DNA of 64,000 nt from assembly GCA_016776635.1 (NCBI GenBank), contig JADHSZ010000001.1:35064-99063 (forward strand), in the 5' to 3' direction. Source of the stretch: Alphaproteobacteria bacterium. GTDB taxonomy: Bacteria; Pseudomonadota; Alphaproteobacteria; UBA11136. Below, piece after piece: positions 56,005 to 64,000 of this stretch. The notes beneath the pieces are model-generated. The model was not told the origin of the DNA, made no database searches, and saw nothing but the letters and a program-made list of their open reading frames with translations. The number at the start of each line of letters is the position of its first letter. The first letter of the stretch is position 1. The position numbers were made by a program, and so were the translations under genes.

Positions 56005-56757
56005 TTGATAAAAAAGGCGGGTGAAAGGAGCGCAGGACCAATAGTATCTCAGACAAACGTCAGTGTGATCTTGCCGACGTATAACGAACAGGGGAACATT
56101 GTTCCACTTGTTCGCCAGCTCAAGGGCCTGCTCGCTGACACACCAAAAGAAATTATTGTGGTGGACGACGACAGTCCGGATGGCACTGCGCAACAGGTGC
56201 GCGATGCCTTCGCCGAGGACGGAGAGGTCAGGCTGATCGTTCGGTATGAAAACCGCGGGCTTGCCAATTCAATCCGCGAGGGCATTGAAAATGCTTCCGG
56301 CGATGTAATTATCGTCATGGACTCCGACGGGAACCACCGTCCGGAGGACGTTGTCATGCTGCTTCACGTCGCGAGCAATGTCGATATTGTGGTCGGATCG
56401 CGGTTCATATACGGCGGCGGCATGTCAAATCTGTTTCACTATTACTTGAGCTACCTGTTCAATATTTTTATCCGTCTCGTAACCGGTTCCCGACTCGATG
56501 ACAACTTGAGCGGTTTTTTCTCAATTCACAGGGAAAAGCTGTTCGCCTTGGATTTCGACAGAATATTTTGGGGTTACGGTGATTATTTCTTTCGTCTCCT
56601 CCTGCTGTGCCAGAGACATGGGTTCCGGTTTGTCGAGGTGCCGGTGTTTTACGGGGAGCGTAAGCACGACACTTCAAAGACGAGTTTTTTCCTCGTGTTC
56701 GTACGCTACACCAGCGAGGTTCTCAGGCTTATACTGCTTCGTTTGCTGAATAAGTGA
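56005..56757 (+). CDS. GT2 polyprenol-phosphate glycosyltransferase (DPM1-like, soluble type)
   Basis: VSVILPTYNEQGNIVPLV..IIVVDDDSPDGT..VMDSDGNH, 250 aa. Non-ATG (TTG) start inferred. Confidence 0.7.
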   Translation: MIKKAGERSAGPIVSQTNVSVILPTYNEQGNIVPLVRQLKGLLADTPKEIIVVDDDSPDGTAQQVRDAFAEDGEVRLIVRYENRGLANSIREGIENASGDVIIVMDSDGNHRPEDVVMLLHVASNVDIVVGSRFIYGGGMSNLFHYYLSYLFNIFIRLVTGSRLDDNLSGFFSIHREKLFALDFDRIFWGYGDYFFRLLLLCQRHGFRFVEVPVFYGERKHDTSKTSFFLVFVRYTSEVLRLILLRLLNK

Positions 56758-56767
56758 TAAAGACTCG

Positions 56768-58003
56768 ATGCTCTACCATGACATAAAAGGCTGCCGTGTT
56801 TGTGGTGGCACACACCTTACTGAAGTGTTGAATTTGGGCCGACACACTCTGTCCGGGAGGTTTCCCAAACAGGGCGACCCCGACCCATTGCACGCTCCGT
56901 TGGAACTGGTTCACTGCCACGAATGCGGGCTTCTGCAGCTCAGGCATACCGTCGTACAGAGTGAGCTCTATACCGATCACTACGGCTACCGTTCCGGTAT
57001 TAACGAAGCCATGGTCCGTCACCTTACGGGTATAAAGGACCGCGCTGTAGCCATGGCCAAGCCGAAGGCGGGAGACATAGTCCTGGATATCGGCAGTAAC
57101 GATGGCACTATGCTGAAGACTTATGCGACGCCCGGCTTGGTGCGAATAGGGATAGATCCGATCCTTGGCCATTTTCGGGACCACTATCCCGTTGATGCCA
57201 TTACCGTTGAAAATTATTTCTCCGCCACAACGTTTCAGACAGTGGGAAATGGCCGCAAGGCAAAGGTGATCACATCAATAGCCATGTTCTACGATCTTGA
57301 TGCCCCCAATGCCTTCGTTACGGACATCCGGGAGATTCTGCATCCAGAGGGGATCTGGATTTTTGAGTTGAGTTATATGCCGAAAATGCTCGAGCAAAAT
57401 GCATTTGATACTATCTGTCACGAGCACCTGGAATATTACGGCCTTCATCAGGTCGAGTGTCTGATTTCGGCTCACGGACTGCGCATTTTCGACGTCGATT
57501 TTAATGAAACCAATGGGGGCAGTTTCCAGGTTTGCGTCTGTCACGTTGACGGACCATATCCTTCAGAACAGACGAAGATCGACACTGTGTTGAGAAACGA
57601 AGCAGAGCAGGACTTTAACTCGCTTACACCTTATCATGTCTTCAATAAAGGGATTGAGGCGATTCGTGAGCGCCTGGTTGAGGTCATTCGTGACGAGAAG
57701 GCGAAGGGCAAGAAAATCTACGCCTACGGAGCGTCAACCAAGGGTAACACCATTCTCCAGTATTGTGGCCTCGACAACAAAGATATAGTGGCGGCGGCGG
57801 ACCGAAACCCGGAAAAATGGGGCTGCCGGACGCCGGGAACGGGCATTCCAATCATCTCGGAGGAAGAGGCCCGGAATGCGAATCCAGATTATTTTCTGGT
57901 CCTGCCCTGGCATTTCCGTGAGGGTTTTCTGGAGCGGGAAAAGAATTTTATCCAAAAAGGCGGCCACTTTATTTTTCCACTGCCGAATGTGGAGGTTTAT
58001 TGA
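56768..58003 (+). CDS. Sugar C-methyltransferase (zinc-ribbon + class I MTase + C-MT domain) #2, paralogue of 51446..52723
   Basis: CRVCGG..CHECGLLQ zinc ribbon, motif I IVLDIGSNDG, and a C-terminal YGASTKGNTILQYCGL.. colinear with 51446..52723. Confidence 0.7.
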   Translation: MLYHDIKGCRVCGGTHLTEVLNLGRHTLSGRFPKQGDPDPLHAPLELVHCHECGLLQLRHTVVQSELYTDHYGYRSGINEAMVRHLTGIKDRAVAMAKPKAGDIVLDIGSNDGTMLKTYATPGLVRIGIDPILGHFRDHYPVDAITVENYFSATTFQTVGNGRKAKVITSIAMFYDLDAPNAFVTDIREILHPEGIWIFELSYMPKMLEQNAFDTICHEHLEYYGLHQVECLISAHGLRIFDVDFNETNGGSFQVCVCHVDGPYPSEQTKIDTVLRNEAEQDFNSLTPYHVFNKGIEAIRERLVEVIRDEKAKGKKIYAYGASTKGNTILQYCGLDNKDIVAAADRNPEKWGCRTPGTGIPIISEEEARNANPDYFLVLPWHFREGFLEREKNFIQKGGHFIFPLPNVEVY

Positions 58004-58018
58004 AACGTTGGCTAAGAA

Positions 58019-59143
58019 ATGAAATCCGTAAAGGGTAATTCCATTCCCTGGGCGAAGCCGACCCTGTTTGGCGACGAGGAACGCTATCTGCTTGACGCCC
58101 TGAAATCCACCTGGATTTCAGGGGGGCCGTATGTGGAGCGCCTGGAGCGGATCATTCCTGACCACCTCGGTGTACGTCACGGCATCGCCGTCTCTAACGG
58201 AACATCGGCATTGCAGCTTGGATTGCTGGGCCTCGGTATTGGCCCGGGTGATGAGGTGATCGTTCCTGGATATACCTTTGTCGCCGCCATTAACATGGTT
58301 CTGGCCGTGGGTGCCACGCCCGTCTTCGCCGATATCAATCCAGACAGCTGGGATATTGATGTAAAAGAGGTTGAGCGCGCCATCACCAGAAATACCCGCG
58401 CCGTGATCCCCGTTCATCTGTATGGAAATGTGGCTGATATGCCAGCCCTCATGGAATTGGCGCGGGTCCGTGGTCTGGCCGTTATCGAAGACGCTGCGGA
58501 ATCTGCGTTCTCCCGCCTTGGGGGAAAGTTCACCGGCACCTTCGGGGATATGGGTACTCTGAGCTTTCAGGCAACAAAGACCCTCACCACAGGCGAGGGC
58601 GGAATGGTACTTACGGACGATTCCGACCTCTACCACCGCATGTTGACCATCCGCGACCACGGCATGCCTAAAGACAAAAGATACTGGCATGACGTGGTGG
58701 GCTTCAACTTCAGATTGACCAATTTGCAGGCTGCCCTTGGTTGTGCCCAGTTTGAACAACTTGACTCAATTCTGACTGAGCGGCGACGTGTCTATGAACG
58801 ATATGGCTCGGCTCTGGCCCATATACCGGGAATCGAGATGCAGCATTTTTCGGAAGACCTGGAGCCTGTCGTCTGGACGGTTGCCGTCCGGCTGCGGTCC
58901 GATCACGTCACAATCAGTCGGGATGATGTGATGCAGAGTCTGCTTGAAAAGGGAATCGAGACCCGCCCCGGTTTCTATACCCCAAGCGACATGCCGCTTT
59001 ATGACTGTCCGTTGCTGCCGGTATCTCAGCAGGTAAGTGAAAATATTTTCTGTCTGCCGGCCTATCCAACGCTTAAAGATTCCGAGGTCGATCACGTTTG
59101 CGAAATGCTGAAGCAGATTCTTGAGAGCAGCCATGCGGTTTAA
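58019..59143 (+). CDS. DegT/DnrJ/EryC1/StrS-family PLP-dependent sugar aminotransferase #2
   Basis: PLP-lysine in LSFQATKTLTTGEGG and a conserved N-terminus ..WISGGPYVERLE.. Confidence 0.85.
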   Translation: MKSVKGNSIPWAKPTLFGDEERYLLDALKSTWISGGPYVERLERIIPDHLGVRHGIAVSNGTSALQLGLLGLGIGPGDEVIVPGYTFVAAINMVLAVGATPVFADINPDSWDIDVKEVERAITRNTRAVIPVHLYGNVADMPALMELARVRGLAVIEDAAESAFSRLGGKFTGTFGDMGTLSFQATKTLTTGEGGMVLTDDSDLYHRMLTIRDHGMPKDKRYWHDVVGFNFRLTNLQAALGCAQFEQLDSILTERRRVYERYGSALAHIPGIEMQHFSEDLEPVVWTVAVRLRSDHVTISRDDVMQSLLEKGIETRPGFYTPSDMPLYDCPLLPVSQQVSENIFCLPAYPTLKDSEVDHVCEMLKQILESSHAV

Positions 59144-59930
59144 CCAAAATTTTCTTCACCACTATTTGAAGCAGGCCCCCATGGCCTTGGCGATTGAACG
59201 TTCTCTGGAATGCGAGCTTCTTTCCCAACAGAGTTTCGTGCGTCCGATTCTGGACTTGGGCTGTGGCGACGGCCTGTTTGCCAGCATTCTTTTTGCCGAG
59301 AATGTCGATACGGGTATAGATTCCAGTCAAGAAGAAGTAAAACAAGCGCTACGCTGCGCGATATACAATGAGCTGATTACATGCAGTGGAGATAAAATCC
59401 CGAAGGATGATGAATCGTATCATACTGTATTCAGCAACAGCGTCCTTGAGCACATATCGGATCTAGATTCCGTCCTGCGTGAGGTCAACCGGTTACTTGC
59501 TCCGGGTGGGTGCTTCTACGTCACTATTCCAACAGACAGGTTCGAAACTTATTCTGCCGGGGCGCGTTTCTTCCGTGGCTTTGGACTTGGTGGCCTTGCA
59601 AAGCACTACGGCGCTCTCTACAACCGGTTTTGGCGCCATTATAACGTTCATGACAGGGCAGGTTGGCAGAAACGGTTCCAAATGTCGGGATTCAAAGTAG
59701 TCGATGTACACAGCTATGACCCCCCCGCGATCTGCCTGATCAACGATCTTTTAACGCCGCTCGCTTTTCCGTCATTTCTATTTAAAAAAACTCTACACCG
59801 TTGGGTTGCGTCTGCGACTTTGCGACGACTTTATTTGGGCGCGGTCTACAGCTTTGCGCAGTGGGCAACGTGGCGATTCGGCTCAGGCGAAGGGGGCGGT
59901 CTGATTTTATTTCATTTGACCAAGCCATAG
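59121..59930 (+). CDS. Class I SAM-dependent methyltransferase
   Basis: Motif I ILDLGCGDGLFA and post-II LLAPGGCFYV. Its 3' end is the template of the direct repeat at 59901-59995. Confidence 0.75.
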   Translation: MRAAMRFNQNFLHHYLKQAPMALAIERSLECELLSQQSFVRPILDLGCGDGLFASILFAENVDTGIDSSQEEVKQALRCAIYNELITCSGDKIPKDDESYHTVFSNSVLEHISDLDSVLREVNRLLAPGGCFYVTIPTDRFETYSAGARFFRGFGLGGLAKHYGALYNRFWRHYNVHDRAGWQKRFQMSGFKVVDVHSYDPPAICLINDLLTPLAFPSFLFKKTLHRWVASATLRRLYLGAVYSFAQWATWRFGSGEGGGLILFHLTKP

Positions 59931-59995
59931 CTGGCTAACAGCCTCCAAACTGTCCGAACAAGGGAGAGTTTCTCGGATATTGAAAGGTGTTATGA
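59901..59995. repeat. Left copy of an imperfect direct repeat of about 95 bp flanking the low-GC cassette
   Basis: ctgattttatttcatttgaccaagccatagctggctaacagcctccaaactgtccgaacaagggagagtttctcggatattgaaaggtgttatg, aligned by eye to 62085-62178 at about 78% identity. Confidence 0.7.
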
Positions 59996-60016
59996 TAAAA
60001 ATTATTTAATATATTT

Positions 60017-61057
60017 ATGAATAATAGTATTAATACAGCAATTAGAGTAATTAGGTCTCTAATATTTAATGAAAAGCCCAATTACGTAATTGCCTTTATC
60101 GATGGCAGGTGCAACATGCACTGCTCATTCTGTTGTCACGCGGCAAAGGTGGTCAGGGCATCGCCTGAAATGTCCGCGGAACAATGGGGTTATATATTTG
60201 AAGGCTGCAAATCCCTTTTACAACTTACTATCACCGGCGGAGAACCATTTGTAAGAAATGATGTGAAGGAAGTAATAGAATCCATAATAAGATCTTCAGG
60301 CGTCCCAAGAGTAAGCATCAGGACGAATGGATATTATAAAGAACGAACTAAAGAAGCTGTCGTCTATCTGCTGGAAGAATTTCCCCAAACGAACTTTACG
60401 CTCTGTATATCGCTGGACGGTCCTGAAGAAATCCATGATCAGGTAAGGAATTTTGAAGGGGGGTATGCAAAAGCTCTTGAAACCATTGATGAATTGGTGG
60501 AATCAAGAGATACGAATAATAATTTTATTCTAAGGCTGGATTCCGTATTAACGGATGATAACAGGGAATATATGGAAGATTTTCTGGTGGAAACGGAATC
60601 ATGGCCGATTGATTACCATGGAATAATTTTGGTCAGGGATGTTCCGTCAAAGATTCAAGAGGGACTAAAGGGTTTATATTCAAAACTTTCAGATCAGCAA
60701 GCGAATCGTGCATCCAAAAAATGGTCAAATGCGATTGATGGTAAGCTCTTTCGCGCCCTCAGAATCGACACACTGGATAAAATTGGAAACGATGAGGCCA
60801 TAACGCCGTGTCACGCTGGCGGCCGGCTTGTGGAAGTTTTCCCCGATGGCGTTGTCAGGGGGTGCGAGATGGAAAAGCTCTGGGGTATTTCTGAAATCGG
60901 AAACGTGAATTCCGATAAAATAAGACTGATTGATGTTATGAAAAGTCGGGAAGCCGAAGATTTCAGAAAGTTTGCGCAAACCTGCACCTGTACATTTGAA
61001 TGCGCCAATGCGGTTAATGCCGCATATAACATATCAAAGTGGAAAAACTTAATATAA
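60017..61057 (+). CDS. Radical SAM protein with a Cys-rich C-terminal region (possible SPASM/twitch-type auxiliary cluster), low-GC
   Basis: CX3CX2C motif in DGRCNMHCSFCCH. The C-terminus has CHAGG..GCEME..CTCTFEC. GC is about 38%. Confidence 0.7.
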   Translation: MNNSINTAIRVIRSLIFNEKPNYVIAFIDGRCNMHCSFCCHAAKVVRASPEMSAEQWGYIFEGCKSLLQLTITGGEPFVRNDVKEVIESIIRSSGVPRVSIRTNGYYKERTKEAVVYLLEEFPQTNFTLCISLDGPEEIHDQVRNFEGGYAKALETIDELVESRDTNNNFILRLDSVLTDDNREYMEDFLVETESWPIDYHGIILVRDVPSKIQEGLKGLYSKLSDQQANRASKKWSNAIDGKLFRALRIDTLDKIGNDEAITPCHAGGRLVEVFPDGVVRGCEMEKLWGISEIGNVNSDKIRLIDVMKSREAEDFRKFAQTCTCTFECANAVNAAYNISKWKNLI

Positions 61058-61069
61058 TGCGTATTAATT

Positions 61070-62086
61070 ATGTCAGTTAATATAAATGGCAAGGCATCGA
61101 TTGTAATTCCGGTATATAACGATAAGTATAATCTGAAAACCTGCCTTGAAGTCATAGAACCTGTTGCGATCAGACATAATTGGGAAGTCATCGTTGTTGA
61201 TGACGCGAGCACTGATGGTTCGACTCAGGGCTGGGATGAAACGCATGTCAGGCTGGTAAAATTAGATAAAAACAAAGGCGTTTCCAATGCGAGGAATATG
61301 GGCGCAGAGCTGTCTAATAATGAAATAATTGTGTTTGTCGACGCAGACATCCTCCCCAACAAAGATTGCTTGGAGAACCTGGTTTCCTTTCTTCTTGAAA
61401 GAAATGACATCCATTCCGTGGGTGCATGGGAGGTTCCCGTTAATTTAAATACGGAAAGCTGGAGTTCAAATTTTGTCTGCCTGAGGTCTTGCTGGGGATT
61501 CGAATGGAAGGAAAATGAAAACGAAAGATTTTTCTCCTGTTTTAAATCCGAATGCAGTGCCATCAGAAAAGAAGTGTTTATGGAAGTCGGAAAATTCGAT
61601 TTAAAATTCAGCGGTGCGGGGATGGAGGAATTTCAACTGGGCCACAGGCTTGAAGAGTCTGGGAAAAAGAATGTCGTTATTAAAAATGCCACTTTTGAGC
61701 ACTATTACAAACCTCTACTGCCCAGATGCAGAAATCTCATCCATAGGACCGCCAGGTGGGTTCCGTTGCTGCTCGGCAGAAGGAAACTTGAATCTCAGGG
61801 GGCTGTTGGTACTTCCGGTGCAGCAGTCTCCGTATTTTTATCAATAGTTTTAGCATCTTCTTTAATATTAAGCCTGATATCTCAAATATTTTTGTACGCA
61901 TCATTGGTGGCTATAATCATACAATTAATTGTCGAAATGAAATTTCTGAAATTCAGCCACAGAATATTCGGTATAAAAATGTTGTTTTTCGCAATCCCCG
62001 CAACTCAATTAATGAATCTATCCATTTTTATCGGTTTTTTACTTGGTGTTCTGAAATTATTGGACCGTGAACAAGCGGCGGCCTGA
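61070..62086 (+). CDS. GT2 glycosyltransferase with C-terminal TM helices, low-GC
   Basis: ASIVIPVYNDKYNLKTCLE..VIVVDDASTDGS..FVDADI (DxD), with C-terminal hydrophobic segments. Confidence 0.75.
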   Translation: MSVNINGKASIVIPVYNDKYNLKTCLEVIEPVAIRHNWEVIVVDDASTDGSTQGWDETHVRLVKLDKNKGVSNARNMGAELSNNEIIVFVDADILPNKDCLENLVSFLLERNDIHSVGAWEVPVNLNTESWSSNFVCLRSCWGFEWKENENERFFSCFKSECSAIRKEVFMEVGKFDLKFSGAGMEEFQLGHRLEESGKKNVVIKNATFEHYYKPLLPRCRNLIHRTARWVPLLLGRRKLESQGAVGTSGAAVSVFLSIVLASSLILSLISQIFLYASLVAIIIQLIVEMKFLKFSHRIFGIKMLFFAIPATQLMNLSIFIGFLLGVLKLLDREQAAA

Positions 62087-62178
62087 TCTTGTTTCATTGG
62101 ATCAAGCCATAGCCGGTCGACAGCTTCCAAGCTGCCCGAATGGGGGAGAGTTTTTGATCCTGAAAAGTATAATGTATA
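62085..62178. repeat. Right copy of the imperfect direct repeat of about 95 bp
   Basis: ctgatcttgtttcattggatcaagccatagccggtcgacagcttccaagctgcccgaatgggggagagtttttgatcctgaaaagtataatg. It begins at the stop codon of the GT2 gene. Confidence 0.7.
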
Positions 62179-62182
62179 CAAA

Positions 62183-62207
62183 TCCCCACCTAATCCCCAC
62201 CTAATCA
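62183..62207. repeat. Short tandem repeat (ccccacctaat x2)
   Basis: atccccacctaatccccacctaatc. Confidence 0.6.
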
Positions 62208-62291
62208 GAAACCGTTCTCTGATAAGGGGGGGCGTGGAATCGAGTAGACTCGGTAGGGTCTGTTTCTGAAGACGGGTTCAGAGGTGGTCAA

Positions 62292-63875
62292 ATGAGCACT
62301 AATAAGAGAACGCTGGGGGAAATTACGAGCCGCGATATGACGGTAGCGCTCGTCCGGGGCCCCGTGGCGATGGCTACGACTTTCATTAGCAACCTCGCGA
62401 CCCCGAGCATTGCCTTTGCCTATTTGGCGGGATCCGCGCGCGCCCATGGATATGAGTGCCACATCGTTGATGCCCTTGCCCTCGGGCCTGACTCTTGCTG
62501 GCAGGGCGACAGTTACTCCGGATTCTTTTTTCAGGGCCTTGGTGTCGAGGAAACGATCGACAGAATCCCGCCCGACACGTCGGTGATAGGCTTCTCCATT
62601 AAGTTCTCCGCAGAGTGGCCATTCCAACGCGATTTCATCACGGAAGTCAGGAAGCGCTTCCCTCACGCGCTATTCGTGGCGGGCGGCGAGCACATCACTG
62701 CCCTCACCGAATTCAGTCTTCGTGACTGCCCTGCTCTTGATGTCTGCGTCCGGGGTGAGGGCGAACATACGTTTGTCGAGGTTTTGGAGGCTCATCGCCA
62801 GGGGAAGGATATGGGGGCCACGGTGGGGCATATCGGCTACCGTGCGGCCGATGGTGAGATTCACAGTAACGATTCGTTACCCCGCATCCGGGAGATAGAT
62901 ACCATTCCGTGGCCCCATTGGCCCGAAGGTTACCTGGAAGGCTTCTGGCAATCCGGCCAGGCCTTTGGCATCCAGTCCCCCCGCGATATTCCAATGCTGG
63001 CCACTCGCGGCTGCCCGTACCAATGTACCTTTTGTTCCAGTCCTCAGATGTGGACGACGCGCTACATAATGCGCGAGCCCAACGACGTGGTGGCCGAGAT
63101 CAAGCATTACGTTGAGCGCTTCGATATCACAGCGGTCCAGTTCTACGACCTTACGGCGCTCATGAAAAAGCAATGGACGCTTGAATTTTGCCAAGGGCTT
63201 CTGGACAGCGGCATCAGCTTGAAGTGGTCACTTCCAAGTGGGACACGGAGCGAGGTTCTCGACGAAGAAGTAATCAGAATGATGCAGAAGACCGGGTGCA
63301 ATTTCATTTCCTACGCCCCCGAGAGCGGTGACGAGACCACACTCAAGGCCATTAAGAAAAGGATAGATTTGGACCGGATGAACGAGTCTATCGCGGTGGC
63401 AATACGGCTGGGACTTAAGGTGAGGACGAATCTCGTAATAGGATTTCCCCACGAGACACGACGCCAGATTCTGCGGACGCTCTGCTACGGCCTCTCCCTC
63501 TCATGGCGCGGTGTCGACGATGTACTGCTCTCGCTCTTCGCGCCTTATCCAGGTTCCGAGCTTTTCGACGACCTCGTCGCACGCCAGGTTATCTCGATAG
63601 ACGATGACTATTTTCTGAGCCTTAATTCACGGTGGGGGGTTAACAAACTCCGGATTAATCCTCGAGTGACGCCGTGGGAGCTGGCCGTCTATCGGCTGGG
63701 TGGGATGCTGCTCAATTACATGGTGGGGTACGTACGCTACCCCTCCAGGATATGGCGCACGTTTCGCAATTTGCTGTTTCGTGACGAGTCATCCACCAAC
63801 TTCGAGCACTTTCTTAAAGTCTCATTCCAGCGATGGATTCCAAGCAGGGCACCGACGGCGACATCGAAACGGTAG
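62292..63875 (+). CDS. Cobalamin(B12)-binding radical SAM protein (class B rSAM) #3
   Basis: N-terminal B12-binding domain (..IAFAYLAGSARAHGYECHIVDAL..) and CX3CX2C in ATRGCPYQCTFCSS. Confidence 0.8.
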   Translation: MSTNKRTLGEITSRDMTVALVRGPVAMATTFISNLATPSIAFAYLAGSARAHGYECHIVDALALGPDSCWQGDSYSGFFFQGLGVEETIDRIPPDTSVIGFSIKFSAEWPFQRDFITEVRKRFPHALFVAGGEHITALTEFSLRDCPALDVCVRGEGEHTFVEVLEAHRQGKDMGATVGHIGYRAADGEIHSNDSLPRIREIDTIPWPHWPEGYLEGFWQSGQAFGIQSPRDIPMLATRGCPYQCTFCSSPQMWTTRYIMREPNDVVAEIKHYVERFDITAVQFYDLTALMKKQWTLEFCQGLLDSGISLKWSLPSGTRSEVLDEEVIRMMQKTGCNFISYAPESGDETTLKAIKKRIDLDRMNESIAVAIRLGLKVRTNLVIGFPHETRRQILRTLCYGLSLSWRGVDDVLLSLFAPYPGSELFDDLVARQVISIDDDYFLSLNSRWGVNKLRINPRVTPWELAVYRLGGMLLNYMVGYVRYPSRIWRTFRNLLFRDESSTNFEHFLKVSFQRWIPSRAPTATSKR

Positions 63876-64000
63876 AGGATGCGTAGATCAACGCGTGTTC
63901 AGCATATCCCGCTTACAAAGACCCGTCTTTTTCAAAAACCCCTTCAAATGCCCTTTCATGGTTTCAGCGCATTTTGGCTTTTTGCGCCCAACTTTTGGAA

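Noticed and set aside
63876-64000. Non-coding 125 bp at the window end, after the third B12-rSAM gene
   Set aside because: Too short and truncated to interpret. No obvious hairpin terminator or repeat.

Overview
High-GC (about 63-65%) alphaproteobacterial chromosome segment; the gene order resembles Rhodospirillaceae, which is an inference. From 1 to about 28.8 kb the window holds a conserved housekeeping backbone. On the minus strand this is pal, tolB, tolA, tolR, tolQ, ybgC, ruvB, ruvA, ruvC and yebC. On the plus strand it is cpoB (ybgF), tilS, ftsH, folP, glmM and thiD. A thiC gene with an upstream TPP riboswitch and a co-transcribed small membrane protein sits convergent to thiD. Next come a DASS-family transporter with TrkA-C domains, then hisZ and purA. 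Between purA and rpoH lies a membrane-anchored protein-kinase-like protein that is predicted to be catalytically dead, followed by a small membrane protein. The backbone ends with rpoH, rluD and a small hypothetical membrane protein. From about 28.8 kb to the window end (more than 35 kb, probably continuing beyond) there is a dense glycoconjugate biosynthesis and modification island that is unusual. It contains three cobalamin-binding radical SAM enzymes plus a fourth radical SAM with a Cys-rich C-terminus. It has two paralogous zinc-ribbon sugar C-methyltransferases and two further class I methyltransferases. It has two DegT-type sugar aminotransferases, WecB and an RmlD-like reductase. It has a bifunctional GT2-GT4 glycosyltransferase and four small polyprenol-phosphate-type GT2 enzymes (at least two with C-terminal TM helices) together with a large GT-C-like membrane protein. 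An Arn-like set is present: a YdjC-deacetylase/formyltransferase fusion and two CE4 deacetylases. There is also a WbpS-like AsnB, two GNAT-like proteins, and a carrier-protein module (a DltA-like adenylase, a PCP/ACP, an SDR and a second acyl ligase). The right half of the island (about 47.7-62.1 kb) has clearly lower GC. Within it a roughly 2 kb two-gene cassette at about 38% GC is flanked by about 95-bp imperfect direct repeats derived from the 3' end of the upstream methyltransferase gene, which suggests stepwise horizontal acquisition. No rRNA, tRNA, CRISPR array or recognisable transposase or integrase gene was found.
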